NCBI GenBank assembly: GCA_963749495.1
Contig: CAVVMW010000012.1
Span: 416,001-480,000 of the forward strand
Length of the DNA stretch: 64,000 bases
Direction of reading: 5' to 3'
Source of the DNA: an uncultured bacterium
GTDB lineage: Bacteria; Verrucomicrobiota; Verrucomicrobiia; Limisphaerales; UBA8199
The position numbers were made by a program, and so were the translations under genes. The notes under the pieces were generated by a model, which was not told where the DNA came from, searched no databases, and saw only the letters and a list, made by a program, of their open reading frames with translations. Below are positions 1-10,494 of this stretch, in pieces; position 1 is the stretch's first letter; every line of letters starts with the position of its first letter.

Positions 1-46
1 ATCTACAAAAGCATGCCCAAACTGTCTCCGCGCCCTCGAGCCGGAT

Positions 47-86
47 TTGGGCAATGATTCCCAACCACGTTGGGAACCAATCCCCA
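47..86. promoter_or_regulatory. Two tandem TGGG-N8-CCCA palindromes, candidate enhancer-binding-protein sites
   Basis: TTGGGcaatgattCCCAA at 47-64 and TGGGaaccaatcCCCA at 71-86, 23 bp apart, directly 3' of the sigma54 regulator. Confidence 0.45.
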
Positions 87-100
87 CCTCGGGGGGGATG

Positions 101-1507
101 TCAGGCTCCGGGCAGGTCTTCAGATTGTTTCTGCCTCAAGCGATAGCGGACGAAGTCCCTGGGCATGCCAAGCAACCGGGCGGCGGCGGAGACATTGCCT
201 TGCGCCTGGGTCAAAGCCAGGTTGACCAGGCAATCGATGGCATCGTCCAACGAGAAACCGTGCTCGGGAAAGCAAAAGGACGGGTTGAGCCAGGCGGATT
301 GCTGGCCTTCTCCGCTGCCCGGATGGCCGGGGACCAGGTGAGGGAACTGAAGTTCCGGCGCGTCCTCAAAGACGATGGCCCGCTCCAACTCGTGGGCCAG
401 TTCGCGCACGTTTCCCGGCCAGGCAGACTCGATGAGACGGTTCTGTCCGAGCGGGGAGATGCTCCTGGGGCCCTGGCCGTGCTTTTGGCTGAGCCGGAGC
501 AGGAGGACCTCGGCCAGCTTGAGGATGTCCCCGCCTCGCTCGCGCAACGGCGGCAGGACGATGCGGAAGAGGTCCAGGCGATGGAAGAGGTCCTCGCGAA
601 AGCGGCCCTCGGCGGCGAGCTCTCTCAAGTCGCGGTTGGTGGCGGCAACCAGGCGCACGTCCACAGGCAGGGTGTGGGTGGCCCCGACGCGCCGGATTTT
701 GTGGTCTTCGATGGCCGTAAGGACCTTGGCCTGGATGGGCATCGAGAGGCTGGGCAACTCGTCGAGCAGGAGCGTGCCGCCGCTGGCCGCCTCGAAGAGG
801 CCCATGCGGGCGCGCCGGGCGTCGGTGAACGCCCCTGCTTCGTGGCCGAACAGTTCGGACTCGGCCAGGCTCTCCGGCAAGGCGGAGCAGTTGACCTCGA
901 TCAGTTCCTTGCCGCCACGCGGGCCGTGCCGGTGCAGCCAGCGGGCCACGGCGGTCTTGCCCGTGCCGGTCTCACCCTGGATGAGAACGGGCGGCAACGG
1001 CCCCTGCGTCCGCTCGTCCACCGCCAGAATCCGCTTGAGCTGCTCTTGCAGGCCCGCCAGCGAAGGGCTGAAGAAAAAGTCGTCGGCCGGGTCCCCCTCG
1101 CGGCGGTGCCGCTCGGCCCGCGCGGACTGCCGGAGGTTGCGCGCCCGCTCGATGACCAGCGCCAACTGCTCCGCCTCGAACGGTTTGAGCAGGTAATCCA
1201 GCGCCCCCAAACGCATCGCCTCGACCGCGCCCCCCACCCCGCCATGCGCCGTGAGGATCACCACGCCCGTGTCCGGCGAAAAGGCCCTCTCCTTGAGCAG
1301 CTCCGTGCCCTGGCCGTCGGGCAGGTTCACGTCCAGCAGGGCGAAATCGAAACCGCCGGCCGCCAGCAGTTTGCGCGCCGCCCGCAAGTCTTCCGCCAAA
1401 GCGATTTCGGCGCCCAGCTTCTCCAACTGCGCCCCCAGCCGCCGCCGCAGCATCGGCTCATCCTCCACCAGCAGAATCCTCAGACCCGTTAGATCGGAAT
1501 TGGACAT
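101..1507 (-). CDS. Sigma54-dependent response regulator (receiver-AAA+-Fis HTH, NtrC/AtoC family)
   Basis: ILLVEDE and LLDVNLPD receiver motifs, GETGTGKT Walker A, ESELFGHEAGAFTDA, WPGNVREL, C-terminal GNVSAAARLLG HTH. Confidence 0.95.
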   Translation of the reverse strand: MSNSDLTGLRILLVEDEPMLRRRLGAQLEKLGAEIALAEDLRAARKLLAAGGFDFALLDVNLPDGQGTELLKERAFSPDTGVVILTAHGGVGGAVEAMRLGALDYLLKPFEAEQLALVIERARNLRQSARAERHRREGDPADDFFFSPSLAGLQEQLKRILAVDERTQGPLPPVLIQGETGTGKTAVARWLHRHGPRGGKELIEVNCSALPESLAESELFGHEAGAFTDARRARMGLFEAASGGTLLLDELPSLSMPIQAKVLTAIEDHKIRRVGATHTLPVDVRLVAATNRDLRELAAEGRFREDLFHRLDLFRIVLPPLRERGGDILKLAEVLLLRLSQKHGQGPRSISPLGQNRLIESAWPGNVRELAHELERAIVFEDAPELQFPHLVPGHPGSGEGQQSAWLNPSFCFPEHGFSLDDAIDCLVNLALTQAQGNVSAAARLLGMPRDFVRYRLRQKQSEDLPGA

Positions 1508-1510
1508 TGA

Positions 1511-2985
1511 TCAGTGGCCGCCGGCAGCGCTCACCGCGTGCAGCGACTGGGCCTTGCTCAGCTTGGGCCAGCAGAAGCCGTAGAGCGAGATCAGAACGAA
1601 GCAGAACATCGGCACGATGAAGCCGCGCGACATGTCGGTCTTGTCGGCGACGTAACCCATCAATTTGGGCAGGATGGCGCCGCCCATGATGGCCATGACA
1701 ATAAAGCCGGAGGCCTTCTTGGTCTTGGCGCCCAGCCCGAAGATGCCAAGGGCGAAAATCGTGGGGAACATGATGGACATGAAGAAATAGCTCAGGAACA
1801 CGCACGCCACCGAGAACCAGCCCAGCTTGCAGAAGACCAGGAACGTGATGAGCACATTGAGCAAGGCGTAAAGGCCGACGATCTTATGGGCCGAGAACCG
1901 CCTGAGGATTGCCGCGCCGCTGAATCGGCCCGCCAGGAAGCAGAAAAAGGCGACCGAGGCCAGGTTGGCCGCGCCTTTGTTGCTGATGGCCACAGCGCCG
2001 GAGCTGGCAGTCAGGAACCAACCGGAGAGCCAGCCCCGCAGAAAGCCGGCGTGAGCGGCCACGCTGCTCACCGCGTGCTGCAGGGAGGCGGGGATGGGCG
2101 GAACCTCGGCGGTCATGTAGTTGATGAAGAAGCTGAAGATGCCCGCCTGGGCGGCGACGTAGAAGAACTGCGCGGCGACCGCCAGCACAAAGTGCGGGTG
2201 GCTCATCAGGGAGCGCGAGTCCCCAGGCGTGGCAGCTTCGATGCGGGCGTCGTCCTCGGCCTGGATATCAGGCACATAAGAAAAGAAGAAGACGGCAGCC
2301 AGAACCAGGACGACAACGGCAATGCCGACATAAGGGATCCAGAGCGTTTGGCTGCCCGTGCTGTGACCTGCGGCGTCGGTCGAGTAGATGAAGACGCTGC
2401 CGATGATCGGCCCCAGGGGCCAACCGACGCCGTTGAAGGACTGGGCCAGGTTGATGCGGGTGGCACGGTAACGCGGGTCGCCCAGGACGGTCGTGTAAGG
2501 GTTGGCCACCGTCTCCAGGAAGGTGAGGCCGGCGGCGATGGCGCACACGCCCACCAGGTAGCCAACGAAGGCGGTCGCCGCGGAGACTTGGCCGGCAGCG
2601 GCCAGCCCCTGGATATGCGTGGCCGGGATGAACCAAAAGCCGCCCAGCGAGACCATCAACAGACCTGTGATGATGCCGCCTTTGTACGCCAGCCGGGTCG
2701 CCACCATCCGGCCGGCAACGCCATCAAGAAATAGCCCAGGTAGTGCGCGAACTGCACCCAGGCCGATTGGGCCTTGTTCAGCCCCAACTCGTCCTGGAAA
2801 TGCTTGTCCATGATATCAATCATCCCGTTGCAGACCCCCCACAGGAGGAACAACGAACTGACCAGGAAGAACGTGAATGCCACGCTCCTGCCATCCGGCA
2901 GGATAAACAGGCCCTTCTTGACTGGACTTGCGGAAGCAGGGCCTTCTCCGAGTCCGGCTGCGGGATTACTCTTTTCTATGCTCAT
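1511..2985 (-). CDS. fucP: L-fucose:H+ symporter family MFS permease, split by a 1-bp indel near 2705
   Basis: SSLFLLWG, VQFAHYLGYFLMALPAG, FLETVANPY, RINLAQSFNGVG, MSIMFPTIFALG; ORFs 2656-3006 and 1511-2707 join. Confidence 0.85.
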
Positions 2986-2994
2986 GCTAACGCG

Positions 2995-3021
2995 TTCACG
3001 TTTCACGTTTCACGTTTCACG
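2995..3021. repeat. Heptamer tandem repeat (TTTCACG)n
   Basis: ttcacg tttcacg tttcacg tttcacg between DUF6786 and fucP. Confidence 0.85.
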
Positions 3022-3071
3022 GCCCGGTGCCCGGCCGCTTTGAAATTAATCCTGTCTTTGCTCATGCGAGG

Positions 3072-4295
3072 TCACTGCTTGTTGAGCCCGGCCTTGATGT
3101 CGGCCAGGGAGACGCCCAGGACCGCGCGGGCCACGGTGTCCAGGGCGGGCTCCGGCCCGCTCAGGTGGAGGGTGCGGTGGACGTGCGAGAGGCTCTTGCC
3201 CGGGGCCAGGTGCGCGGCCGGGGAAGATGATTCCAGTTCCAAGAACGGGCCCATCGGTTTGGCCCCGGGAGCGGGCGGCCCGTCGTTGTAGCTGTTGGCG
3301 GCGTCGCCGCCGTAGGGATTGTCCTGGAGCTTCCACAGCGAGTTCACATAGTCGGTGGCCCCGGCAGGCAGGGTGAACTGGACGATGGTCAGGACCCGGT
3401 TATCGGCGTCGTAACTGCCCAGCACGGCCTTGCTGCGCCTGGGGTTGATGCCGATCTTGCTGCGGAACTTGCCGTCGCCGCTGAAGTAAATGACATCGTC
3501 CTTGACCACCAGCCGCTCGGGCGGGACGCTGCCGAAGTAATCCGAGGTGACCTTGACCCCAAGCTCGGATTCCGGCCCGGGTTTGATGGGCACGACAATG
3601 GTGGTCGAGGGCGAGGGCGTGTACATGCCGAGAATCCAGATCGAGAGCAGGCCGGTCTGCTTCTCCCAGGCGTTTTTGCCTGTGTTGGTGATCTTGTTGT
3701 GGGTCTCGAAGGCAACAAGGCTCACCTGGGCGGAGGGGGGCACGCCCAGCCGTTTCCAGGCGGTGGCGCTGTCCAGCAGGCGCACCTGGCGGTCAACCGC
3801 TACGTCGAAAAGTGTGCCGGAGTAATTGGTGAGCGTGAACTGGGCGCCAAACGTGGCCTGGTCCCGCGACAGGCGCACGACTTTGTAGGGCATCGTATCG
3901 ATGGCGGCGGGCGTCTGCCAATCCGCCAACTCGAACTTGGCGCCCTTGGCGAAGAAGATCGAAAACTGGCCGCCCTCCGGGCCGAGCCAGAGGCGGTCCT
4001 CGCCGCCAAAGACGTTGATGTGGGGCGTGAGTTTGCCCGAGGCAATGAGTTCGCGGTTGATCCAGCCGAAGCTCAAGCCGGCATCATCGCCGGCGGTGCT
4101 GGTCATGACGCGCCCCTGCCAGGCCGGGGCCAGGGCCACCTTGGCCCGGCCCGATTTGTCGCTCAACTCGAGCACCTCGGTATGGTTCTTGAGAAACGCG
4201 GCGTCGTCGCCAAAAGTGGCGCCGGCGGCGCGGGGCGCGATTGCTGCAGTGGCAGTCATAACAACGAGTGTAGCTGCGACCGGCTTGCATTTCAT
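3072..4295 (-). CDS. Secreted DUF6786-like protein
   Basis: Signal peptide; WQGRVMTST, GGEDRLWLGPEGGQFSIFF, SIWILGM, GPFLELESSSPA recognised from memory. Confidence 0.75.
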   Translation of the reverse strand: MKCKPVAATLVVMTATAAIAPRAAGATFGDDAAFLKNHTEVLELSDKSGRAKVALAPAWQGRVMTSTAGDDAGLSFGWINRELIASGKLTPHINVFGGEDRLWLGPEGGQFSIFFAKGAKFELADWQTPAAIDTMPYKVVRLSRDQATFGAQFTLTNYSGTLFDVAVDRQVRLLDSATAWKRLGVPPSAQVSLVAFETHNKITNTGKNAWEKQTGLLSIWILGMYTPSPSTTIVVPIKPGPESELGVKVTSDYFGSVPPERLVVKDDVIYFSGDGKFRSKIGINPRRSKAVLGSYDADNRVLTIVQFTLPAGATDYVNSLWKLQDNPYGGDAANSYNDGPPAPGAKPMGPFLELESSSPAAHLAPGKSLSHVHRTLHLSGPEPALDTVARAVLGVSLADIKAGLNKQ

Positions 4296-4349
4296 GGCTT
4301 GCAGGCTACCGGGCGCGGGCCGGGAGTGTCAAGGAATTGAACGGCAGGC

Positions 4350-4387
4350 GAAGCTAAAGGCTAAAGGCTAAAGGCTGAAGGCTAAAG
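4350..4387. repeat. Heptamer tandem repeat (AAGGCTA-like)n
   Basis: aagcta aaggcta aaggcta aaggctg aaggcta. Confidence 0.8.
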
Positions 4388-4407
4388 TGCAGAGGCCAAA
4401 GGTGCAG

Positions 4408-4578
4408 GGCGCATCCTGACACTGACCCCGGAGTGCGCCCGTCCACGGGCGCAGCAGCGCAGGAGCGGGCGGGCGCACCAGAGTTTTTGACCGCTGCCCT
4501 GGCTCCCGAGGTCGCTGCGCCCGAGGACGGGCGCACTCCGGCCCGGTCCCCGGCTGTGGGGGAGTGTCGGGATGCGCC
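4408..4578. mobile_element. MITE-like element A (TIR GGCGCATCCYGACAC) enclosing a REP doublet
   Basis: GGCGCATCCTGACACT...AGTGTCGGGATGCGCC ends; inner GGAGTGCGCCCGTCC..GGGCGCAGC and its reverse complement; homologous to 27006-27177. Confidence 0.75.
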
Positions 4579-4583
4579 TCTAA

Positions 4584-4828
4584 GGGTGCATGACCGCGCG
4601 GTTTTCAGGCGTCGCTACGCAACGCGCGCGAGATTGGGCCACGGGTCCGTGGACTGAAAGTCCACGGCTGCCATCGGCCACCGCTACGCGGTGAACCGGA
4701 CGCAGCGCGCGTCGCGGAGCGACGCAGTGAAGGTAGCCGTGGACCTCGGTCCACGGTTCGCGGCGTGGGAATGCCGGCGCGTCGCGTAGCGACGCCTGAC
4801 AGCTTCGCGCTTTTCAGGCGTCGCTACG
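4584..4828. repeat. REP-like hairpin array, family C
   Basis: CCGTGGACTGAAAGTCCACGG and CCGTGGACCTCGGTCCACGG hairpins alternating with GCGTCGCTACGC/GCGTAGCGACGC; partial copy at 38657-38704. Confidence 0.7.
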
Positions 4829-4890
4829 AAGGTGGGAAACAATACCAAAATGGACAACATCCCCGAAAACATCCCTCTGTTTCTTAGGTC

Positions 4891-6420
4891 TCATTTGCTT
4901 TTCTGCAGCGAGCGCAGGTCCACAGAGGGTGGGCGGCTGTAGGCTGGTGTGCGCACGACCAGGGCGTCGAAACCGAGGAAATAACCTTTGGACTCAGGAG
5001 ACTTGCCGGCGCAATCGAAACGGAGCGTGTGGGTGCCTGCGGCAAGGTGGCGCAGTCCCCACTTGTGCTCGACGGGCGTGACGTTGGGGTTGTAGAGGTC
5101 CTCCTGGGCGATCTGGGCGCCGTCGAGCTTGATGCGATAAATCCCATAGTCCCAGGAATGGACCATCCTGCCCAGGAGTTGAAGGTCCTGGTCCTTGGAG
5201 GTTCGGAAGGAGACTTCGACCCAGGCCTGGCCGGTTCCGGGCTTGAACCAGAGCTGCTTGCCGTCGGTCACGCCGCCCAGCGACTGCACTTCGAGCGGGT
5301 GCTCGGAATGCTGGGCCCCGGCCACCGCTTCGTGGCCCTTGAGCAAGACCTGGTCGCGGAACGGGAGCCGCTCCGGGCCGGGCGGCAGCGCGGGCCACGG
5401 TTTGTGCGGCTCGATCTGATACCAGAACGCTACGCTGGACATCAGGTCGTCACGCTCGATAAACCCGCTGCCGGTGCCGTCGGGAAAGCTCTGCGAGCCT
5501 TTGTGCTCGATTTCCGCGCGCAGCGATTTTTGGAAGACCACCGGGTCGGGGATGTGCCAGCGGTAAGCCGTCCCGCGATCGCCCGTGTTGTAGCCCTCCC
5601 AGAGCGGAGTGCCGTAGAAGGGGCCGGACTGCTCGCGAAAACCCCAGCCGTCGCAAAAATAGTCCTCCGTGCCCGTGCCCCGCAGGCCCGGTTCCTTCTC
5701 GCCATCGATGAAAAAGAAGTCGTCCCCCTCGCCGTACCACCCGGGCGAGATCATATAAACGCTCTGGATGGTGCCCACGTAATGGCCGCGCCCCTCGATG
5801 TCCGCCAGAAGGTAGTTGCGCCCCATGACGCACGGGAATTCCTGGCGGTACATGGCGTGGAAATAGGCGGTCTTGCTGTCCAGGGAGGTGTGTTTCTGCC
5901 AGTCAATGTAGTAATAAAAGGCGTCACAACGCTTGTCGCTCTCGTTGGTGACGGTGATGCGGGCCGACTTGCGGAAGGGCATGGGCCAATAACAGTTGCG
6001 CCCGCGGCCATCCGAAGTGACCCGGACGGGCAGCGAGGCAAACGGTTTATCGATGCCATGGCCCATGCCGAAGAAGTCGCCCACGGGGCACTCGACACTG
6101 GGGTGCTCCTCGCCGTCCCAGTACATCCGCAGGGTCAACATCCGAGGATAGTAAGGGTCGCTGTGCGCGATGGTAAACCAGATGTGGACGATTCGGCCCG
6201 GTCCCTCCAGTTGCGCCAGGGTCAGCGTGCCGCCGGCCTCGATGGGCCGCGCGTCGGCGTTGCCGTTCCTCCAGTCGGGGTCCGAGGACGACGCGCGCAT
6301 CGTCTGGAAGTCCTTGAGCTGTTCGAGTCCGTCCAGGGGGTTGCCCGCAGCCAGTTGCGCCCGCGCCCCGGCCGCGCACAGGGCCAGCGCGCATGATACA
6401 ATGATAGGTCGTGGATTCAT
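4891..6420 (-). CDS. Secreted DUF2961 / glycoside hydrolase family 172 protein with extra C-terminal beta domain
   Basis: GPGRIVHIWFT, LRMYWDGEEHPSVECPVGDFFG, NCYWPMPF, WYGEGDD, GTGTEDYF, YRWHIPDPV. Confidence 0.88.
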   Translation of the reverse strand: MNPRPIIVSCALALCAAGARAQLAAGNPLDGLEQLKDFQTMRASSSDPDWRNGNADARPIEAGGTLTLAQLEGPGRIVHIWFTIAHSDPYYPRMLTLRMYWDGEEHPSVECPVGDFFGMGHGIDKPFASLPVRVTSDGRGRNCYWPMPFRKSARITVTNESDKRCDAFYYYIDWQKHTSLDSKTAYFHAMYRQEFPCVMGRNYLLADIEGRGHYVGTIQSVYMISPGWYGEGDDFFFIDGEKEPGLRGTGTEDYFCDGWGFREQSGPFYGTPLWEGYNTGDRGTAYRWHIPDPVVFQKSLRAEIEHKGSQSFPDGTGSGFIERDDLMSSVAFWYQIEPHKPWPALPPGPERLPFRDQVLLKGHEAVAGAQHSEHPLEVQSLGGVTDGKQLWFKPGTGQAWVEVSFRTSKDQDLQLLGRMVHSWDYGIYRIKLDGAQIAQEDLYNPNVTPVEHKWGLRHLAAGTHTLRFDCAGKSPESKGYFLGFDALVVRTPAYSRPPSVDLRSLQKSK

Positions 6421-6502
6421 ATTGGGCTTGAGGTTCATTAGTAACCAGAAACCGGATTGTGGAGCGCCGCCTGCCCAGTGTCCAGCGCGCAGTGGCAAGG
6501 GG

Positions 6503-6628
6503 CAGCAATTCTTTTGGGGCCTTGCCGCATAAATGCGGCGTTCCGGCGGGGTTCGGAACGCCGCATTTATGCGGCAGCGGGGCGCCGAAGCGAGAATGGC
6601 CAGGCTTCGAAAGCCAAAAGAATTGCTG
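6503..6628. mobile_element. 15-bp perfect IR shell enclosing REP doublet GCCGCATAAATGCGGCGTTCC
   Basis: CAGCAATTCTTTTGG at 6503-6517 and CCAAAAGAATTGCTG at 6614-6628; inner doublet about 6523-6576. Confidence 0.65.
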
Positions 6629-6636
6629 GGCAAGGG

Positions 6637-6903
6637 GGGTGCGATTAAAGGCGTCGGGCATGGGCCTCAGGAGTTTTGTCCCGGAGGGACATCCGACAAT
6701 AGCCCGGCGTTTCAACGCCGGGGAGGCCGCAAGAGAGACCCTCGTCCCGAAGGGACGGCTGAAAACACTCCTTGCTTTCAGCCGTCCCTTCGGGACTTAT
6801 CCTCTCGCGCGGCCCCACCCGGCGTTGAAACGCCGGGCCATTGTCAGAAGCCCCTTCGGGGCAAAAAGGCGCCGTGGGCTGACCGACAGTTTTTATCGCA
6901 CCC
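6637..6903. mobile_element. MITE-like element B: 24-bp imperfect TIR enclosing a multi-hairpin REP array
   Basis: GGGTGCGATTAAAGGCGTCGGGCA / TGACCGACAGTTTTTATCGCACCC; inner CCCGGCGTTTCAACGCCGGG, GTCCCGAAGGGAC and their complements; inverted copy at 36423-36690. Confidence 0.8.
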
Positions 6904-6913
6904 GTGACAGGGT

Positions 6914-9900
6914 TTACGGCCCTGGCGTGAGGAGCTTGATGCGGTAGAAGCGGCGGGGTTCCTGTCCGGTGACCGTGTTAACCACCTGGGCCGAGCCGGC
7001 TGTGAATGTGCCTGAGGCGACAGTGGTCCAGGTGAGCAGGTCGCTGCTGGCCTGGAGTTCGTAGGCCTGGCCGACGACTCCCGACAGGGTCAGGGTGCAT
7101 TGGCCGGCAGCAGGCCGGCGAGAGAGACCGTGCACACCGTGGGGCCTTGCACGGTGACCACCCGTATCTGGATAGTCTGGGCCACGCTGGTGATGCCGTC
7201 GCTAACGCGAATCGTCACGGCGTTGGTGCTGGGGGCCTGGGCGGCCGTGGGGGTCCAGGTGAATACGCCGTCCGGGGTGATGCTCGAGCTGGCCGGGGCG
7301 CCGGGATCGAGGCTGAAGGTGAGGGTCTGGGGCGGCAGGTCCGCATCCGTAGCGGTGGCCGTGAAGGTCAGCGGGGTGTTGGCAATCACCGTTTGGTCAA
7401 CCAGCCTCCCCAGGACCGGCGGTGTGTTGGCCGGATAAACCACCACCGTGAAGCTCTTGCTGTCGGACATCGAGGGCACTCCGTTGTCGATGACCCTGAC
7501 TGTGATCAGGTTCGTGCTGGGCGACTGGGCGGCCGTGGGCGTCCAGGAAAACTGGCCCGCGGGCGTGATGCTGGCCCCGGCGGGGGCGCCCGCACCCAGC
7601 CTGAAGGTCAGCGTCTGCGGAGGCTGGTCGGTGTCCACCGCACTGGCTGTGAAGCTCAGCGGTGTCATGGCATAAACCGCTTGGTTGGGGATGGCCGCCA
7701 GCCTTGGCGGCGTGTTGGGCAAGAGCGCCAGCGGCGTCAGGACCAGGTCCCGGCCAAAGTCGTTCCAGCCATCCGCCAGGTCCGGCGGAATCGGCCGCGG
7801 AATCAGAGTCGAATCCACCGTGGCATTCACAAAGGCCACCACCCCGCCCTTGGCCTTGGCCGCAGCCGCCGCGACAAAGTTGCTGGAATCTCCGCTCCAC
7901 ATCACCAGGCCCAGCACCACGCTGCTGCCCCGAGGCTGCACCATCGGCAACGCCACTTGATCCAGGAAAAACGTTCCCGGATCACGCTCGCCCATCATCT
8001 GGCCGCTCCAGGTCTGGGCCAGGACAAAACCGTCTCCAGCCAGGTTGCCGTAGGCCACAACGTTGGTCGCGCCGTTGATGTTCCCCGGCACCTGCGTGCT
8101 ATCGAGCACCCACAGTTCCATGCCATAGACACCCGTGTACCAGTTGGCCGCCCGGTCCACGGCCACTCCGTTGGTTGCCAAGGAATTGTCCATCATCAGG
8201 TCGCCCGTCGGCGCCAGCGGCAGCACCACCACCGTAAAGCTCTTGCTGTCGGAGAGTGCCGGCACCCCGCTGTCGGTCACCGTGATACTAATCAGGTTCG
8301 TGCTGGGCGCTTGGTTGGTCGAGGGCGTCCAGGTGAAGAGCCCGCCCGGTGTGATGGCGGCGCCGGTTGGCGCGCCGGCGCCCAGGCTGAAGGTCAGCGT
8401 CTGGGCGGGCACGTCGGCGTCCGTGGCATGGGCGGTAAAGCTCAACCTGGCCGGGGCACAGGCGTTCACATTGGCCGGGGCCTGCAGCACCGGCGGCGTG
8501 TTGGGCGGGTACACCACCACCGTGAAGCTCTTGCTGTCGGAGAGCGGGGGCGACCCGCTGTCTGTCGCTTTGATCGTGATGAGATTGGTGCTCGGGGACT
8601 GCGTTGCCAGAGGCGTCCAGGTAAACAAGCCGGAGGGGGTAATGCTGGCGCCGGCGGGCGCGCCCGGACCCAGGCTGAAAGTCACCGTTTCAGGCGGTTG
8701 GTCCGTGTCCGTGGCGCTGGCCGTGAAGCTCAGAAGCGTGTTGGCATAGATGTTTTGGTCGGCCGGCGCGGCCAGTTGCGGCGGCGTGTTGGGCCGATAA
8801 ACCACCACCGTGAAGCTCTTGCTGTCGGAGAGCGGGGGCGAGCCGCTGTCGGTCGCCACGATGCTAATCCGGTTGGTGCTCGGGGACTGCGTCGCCAGAG
8901 GCGTCCAGGTAAACAAGCCGGAGGGGGTAATGCTGGCGCCGGCGGGCGCGCCCGGGCCCAGGCTGAAAGTCACCGTTTCAGGCGGTTGATCCGTGTCCGT
9001 GGCGCTGGCCGTGAAGCTCAAAAGCGTGTTGGCATAGATGTTCTGGTCGGCCGGCGCGGCCAGTTGTGGCGGCGTGTTGGGCCGATAAACCACCACCGTG
9101 AAGCTCTTGCTGTCGGAGAGCGGGGGCGAGCCGCTGTCGGTCGCCACGATGCTAATCCGGTTGGTGCTCGGGGACTGCGTTGCCAGAGGCGTCCAGGTAA
9201 ACAAGCCGGAGGGGGTAATGCTGGCGCCGGCGGGCGCGCCCGGACCCAGGCTGAAAGTCACCGTTTCAGGCGGTTGGTCCGTGTCCGTGGCGCTGGCCGT
9301 GAAGCTCAGAAGCGTGTTGGCATAGATGTTTTGGTCGGCCGGCGCGGCCAGTTGTGGCGGCGTGTTGGGCCGATAAACCACCACTGTGAAGCTCTTGCTG
9401 TCGGACATCGGAGGCACTCCGTTGTCGCTGACCCTGATGGTGATCAGGTTCGTGCCGGGCGACTGGGCGGCTGTGGGCGTCCAGGAAAACTGGCCGGCGG
9501 GCGTGATGCTGGCGCCGGAGGGCGCGCCCGTGCCCAGGCTGAAGGTCAGCGTCTGAGGAGGCTGGTCGGTGTCAACCGCACTGGCTGTGAAGCTCAGCGG
9601 TGTCGTGGCATAGACCGCCTGGTCGGGGATGGTCGCCAGCCTTGGCGGCGTGTTGATTCCATAGACCGTCACCCGGAAGCTCTTGCTGTCGGACATGGCC
9701 GGCGTGCCGTTGTCGGTGACGCGCACGGTGATGAGGTTGGTGCTCGGGGCCTGGGCGGCGGTGGGCGTCCAGGTGAAGACGCCGCCGGCTGTGATCGTGG
9801 CGCCGGTCGGGGCTCCAGCATCCAGGCTGAAGCTCAGGGTCTGTGCAGGCAGGTCGGCGTCAGTCGCGCTGGCTGTATAGCTCAGGAGTGTGCCGGCAGT

Positions 9901-10494
9901 GGCGGTCATGTCGGGAATCGCTGCCAGCACCGGTGGCGTGTTCGCCGACGGGGTCAAGGCCGTCATAACAAGGTCTCTGCCAAGGGCGTTCCAGCCATTC
10001 TCCAGGTCCGGTGGCATCGGCGGAGGTTTGAGGCTATAGTTGGCCGTCGCGTTTACAAAGGCGACGACGCCCCCTTTTGCGCCGGCCGCAGCCGCCGCGG
10101 CCCAGTTTGTGTAGTTTCCGGTCCAGACGGCAAACGCCAGCACCACCGAACTGCCGGGAGGCGTCACGCCGGCCATGTCCACCTCCCCCAGGCCGAGTGT
10201 CCCGCGAAACGTAGTGCTCATAGTCTGCCCGCTCCAGGTCCTTACGAGGCTCAAGCCACTGGTGCTCAACAAGTTATGGGCGGCGACGTTCCCGGCGGAA
10301 TTGATGCCGGCCGGAACGGTTGTGCCGTTCAATAACCACAACTCGACGCCGTAAGTGCCTGAGTAATAACTTCCGGCACTGTCCACGGCTACTCCGTAAG
10401 TGGACAGCGAATTGTCGAGATTTACCGCGCCCTGGCCAAGTGCCGCCGATGTCAGGCCCAGTAAGGCTATCGCTGCAATGGTGAGTTTCTGCAT
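6914..10494 (-). CDS. Large secreted surface protein with 8 Ig/cadherin-like repeats (indel near 7120 separates the C-terminal domain)
   Basis: Signal peptide, eight NTPP...FTWTP...SKSFTVVV repeats of about 96 aa, a duplicated non-Ig domain, and a C-terminal YELQASSDL..W...FYR module in ORF 6914-7135. Confidence 0.85.
8505..9370. repeat. Three near-identical 288-bp intragenic tandem repeats
   Basis: gccagttg anchor recurs at 8771, 9059 and 9347 (period 288 bp = 96 aa). Confidence 0.9.

Noticed and set aside
5..22. Minus-strand GGCATGCTTTTGT as a sigma54 -24/-12 promoter
   Set aside because: One base short of GG-N10-GC spacing and lacks the GC; too weak at the window edge
47..1492. Long antisense ORFs (also 7147-10335, 18283-19893, 22951-24537, 28099-29715 and others)
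   Set aside because: Shadows of real genes on the opposite strand, typical of high-GC DNA; no family motifs
6047..6947. ORFs containing PALKRRAI-type peptides (also 36069-36635, 63262-63762)
   Set aside because: Translations of family B repeats, not genes
8505..9370. CRISPR array or DGR template/variable repeats
   Set aside because: 288-bp in-frame coding repeats with no spacers; no cas or reverse transcriptase gene in the window
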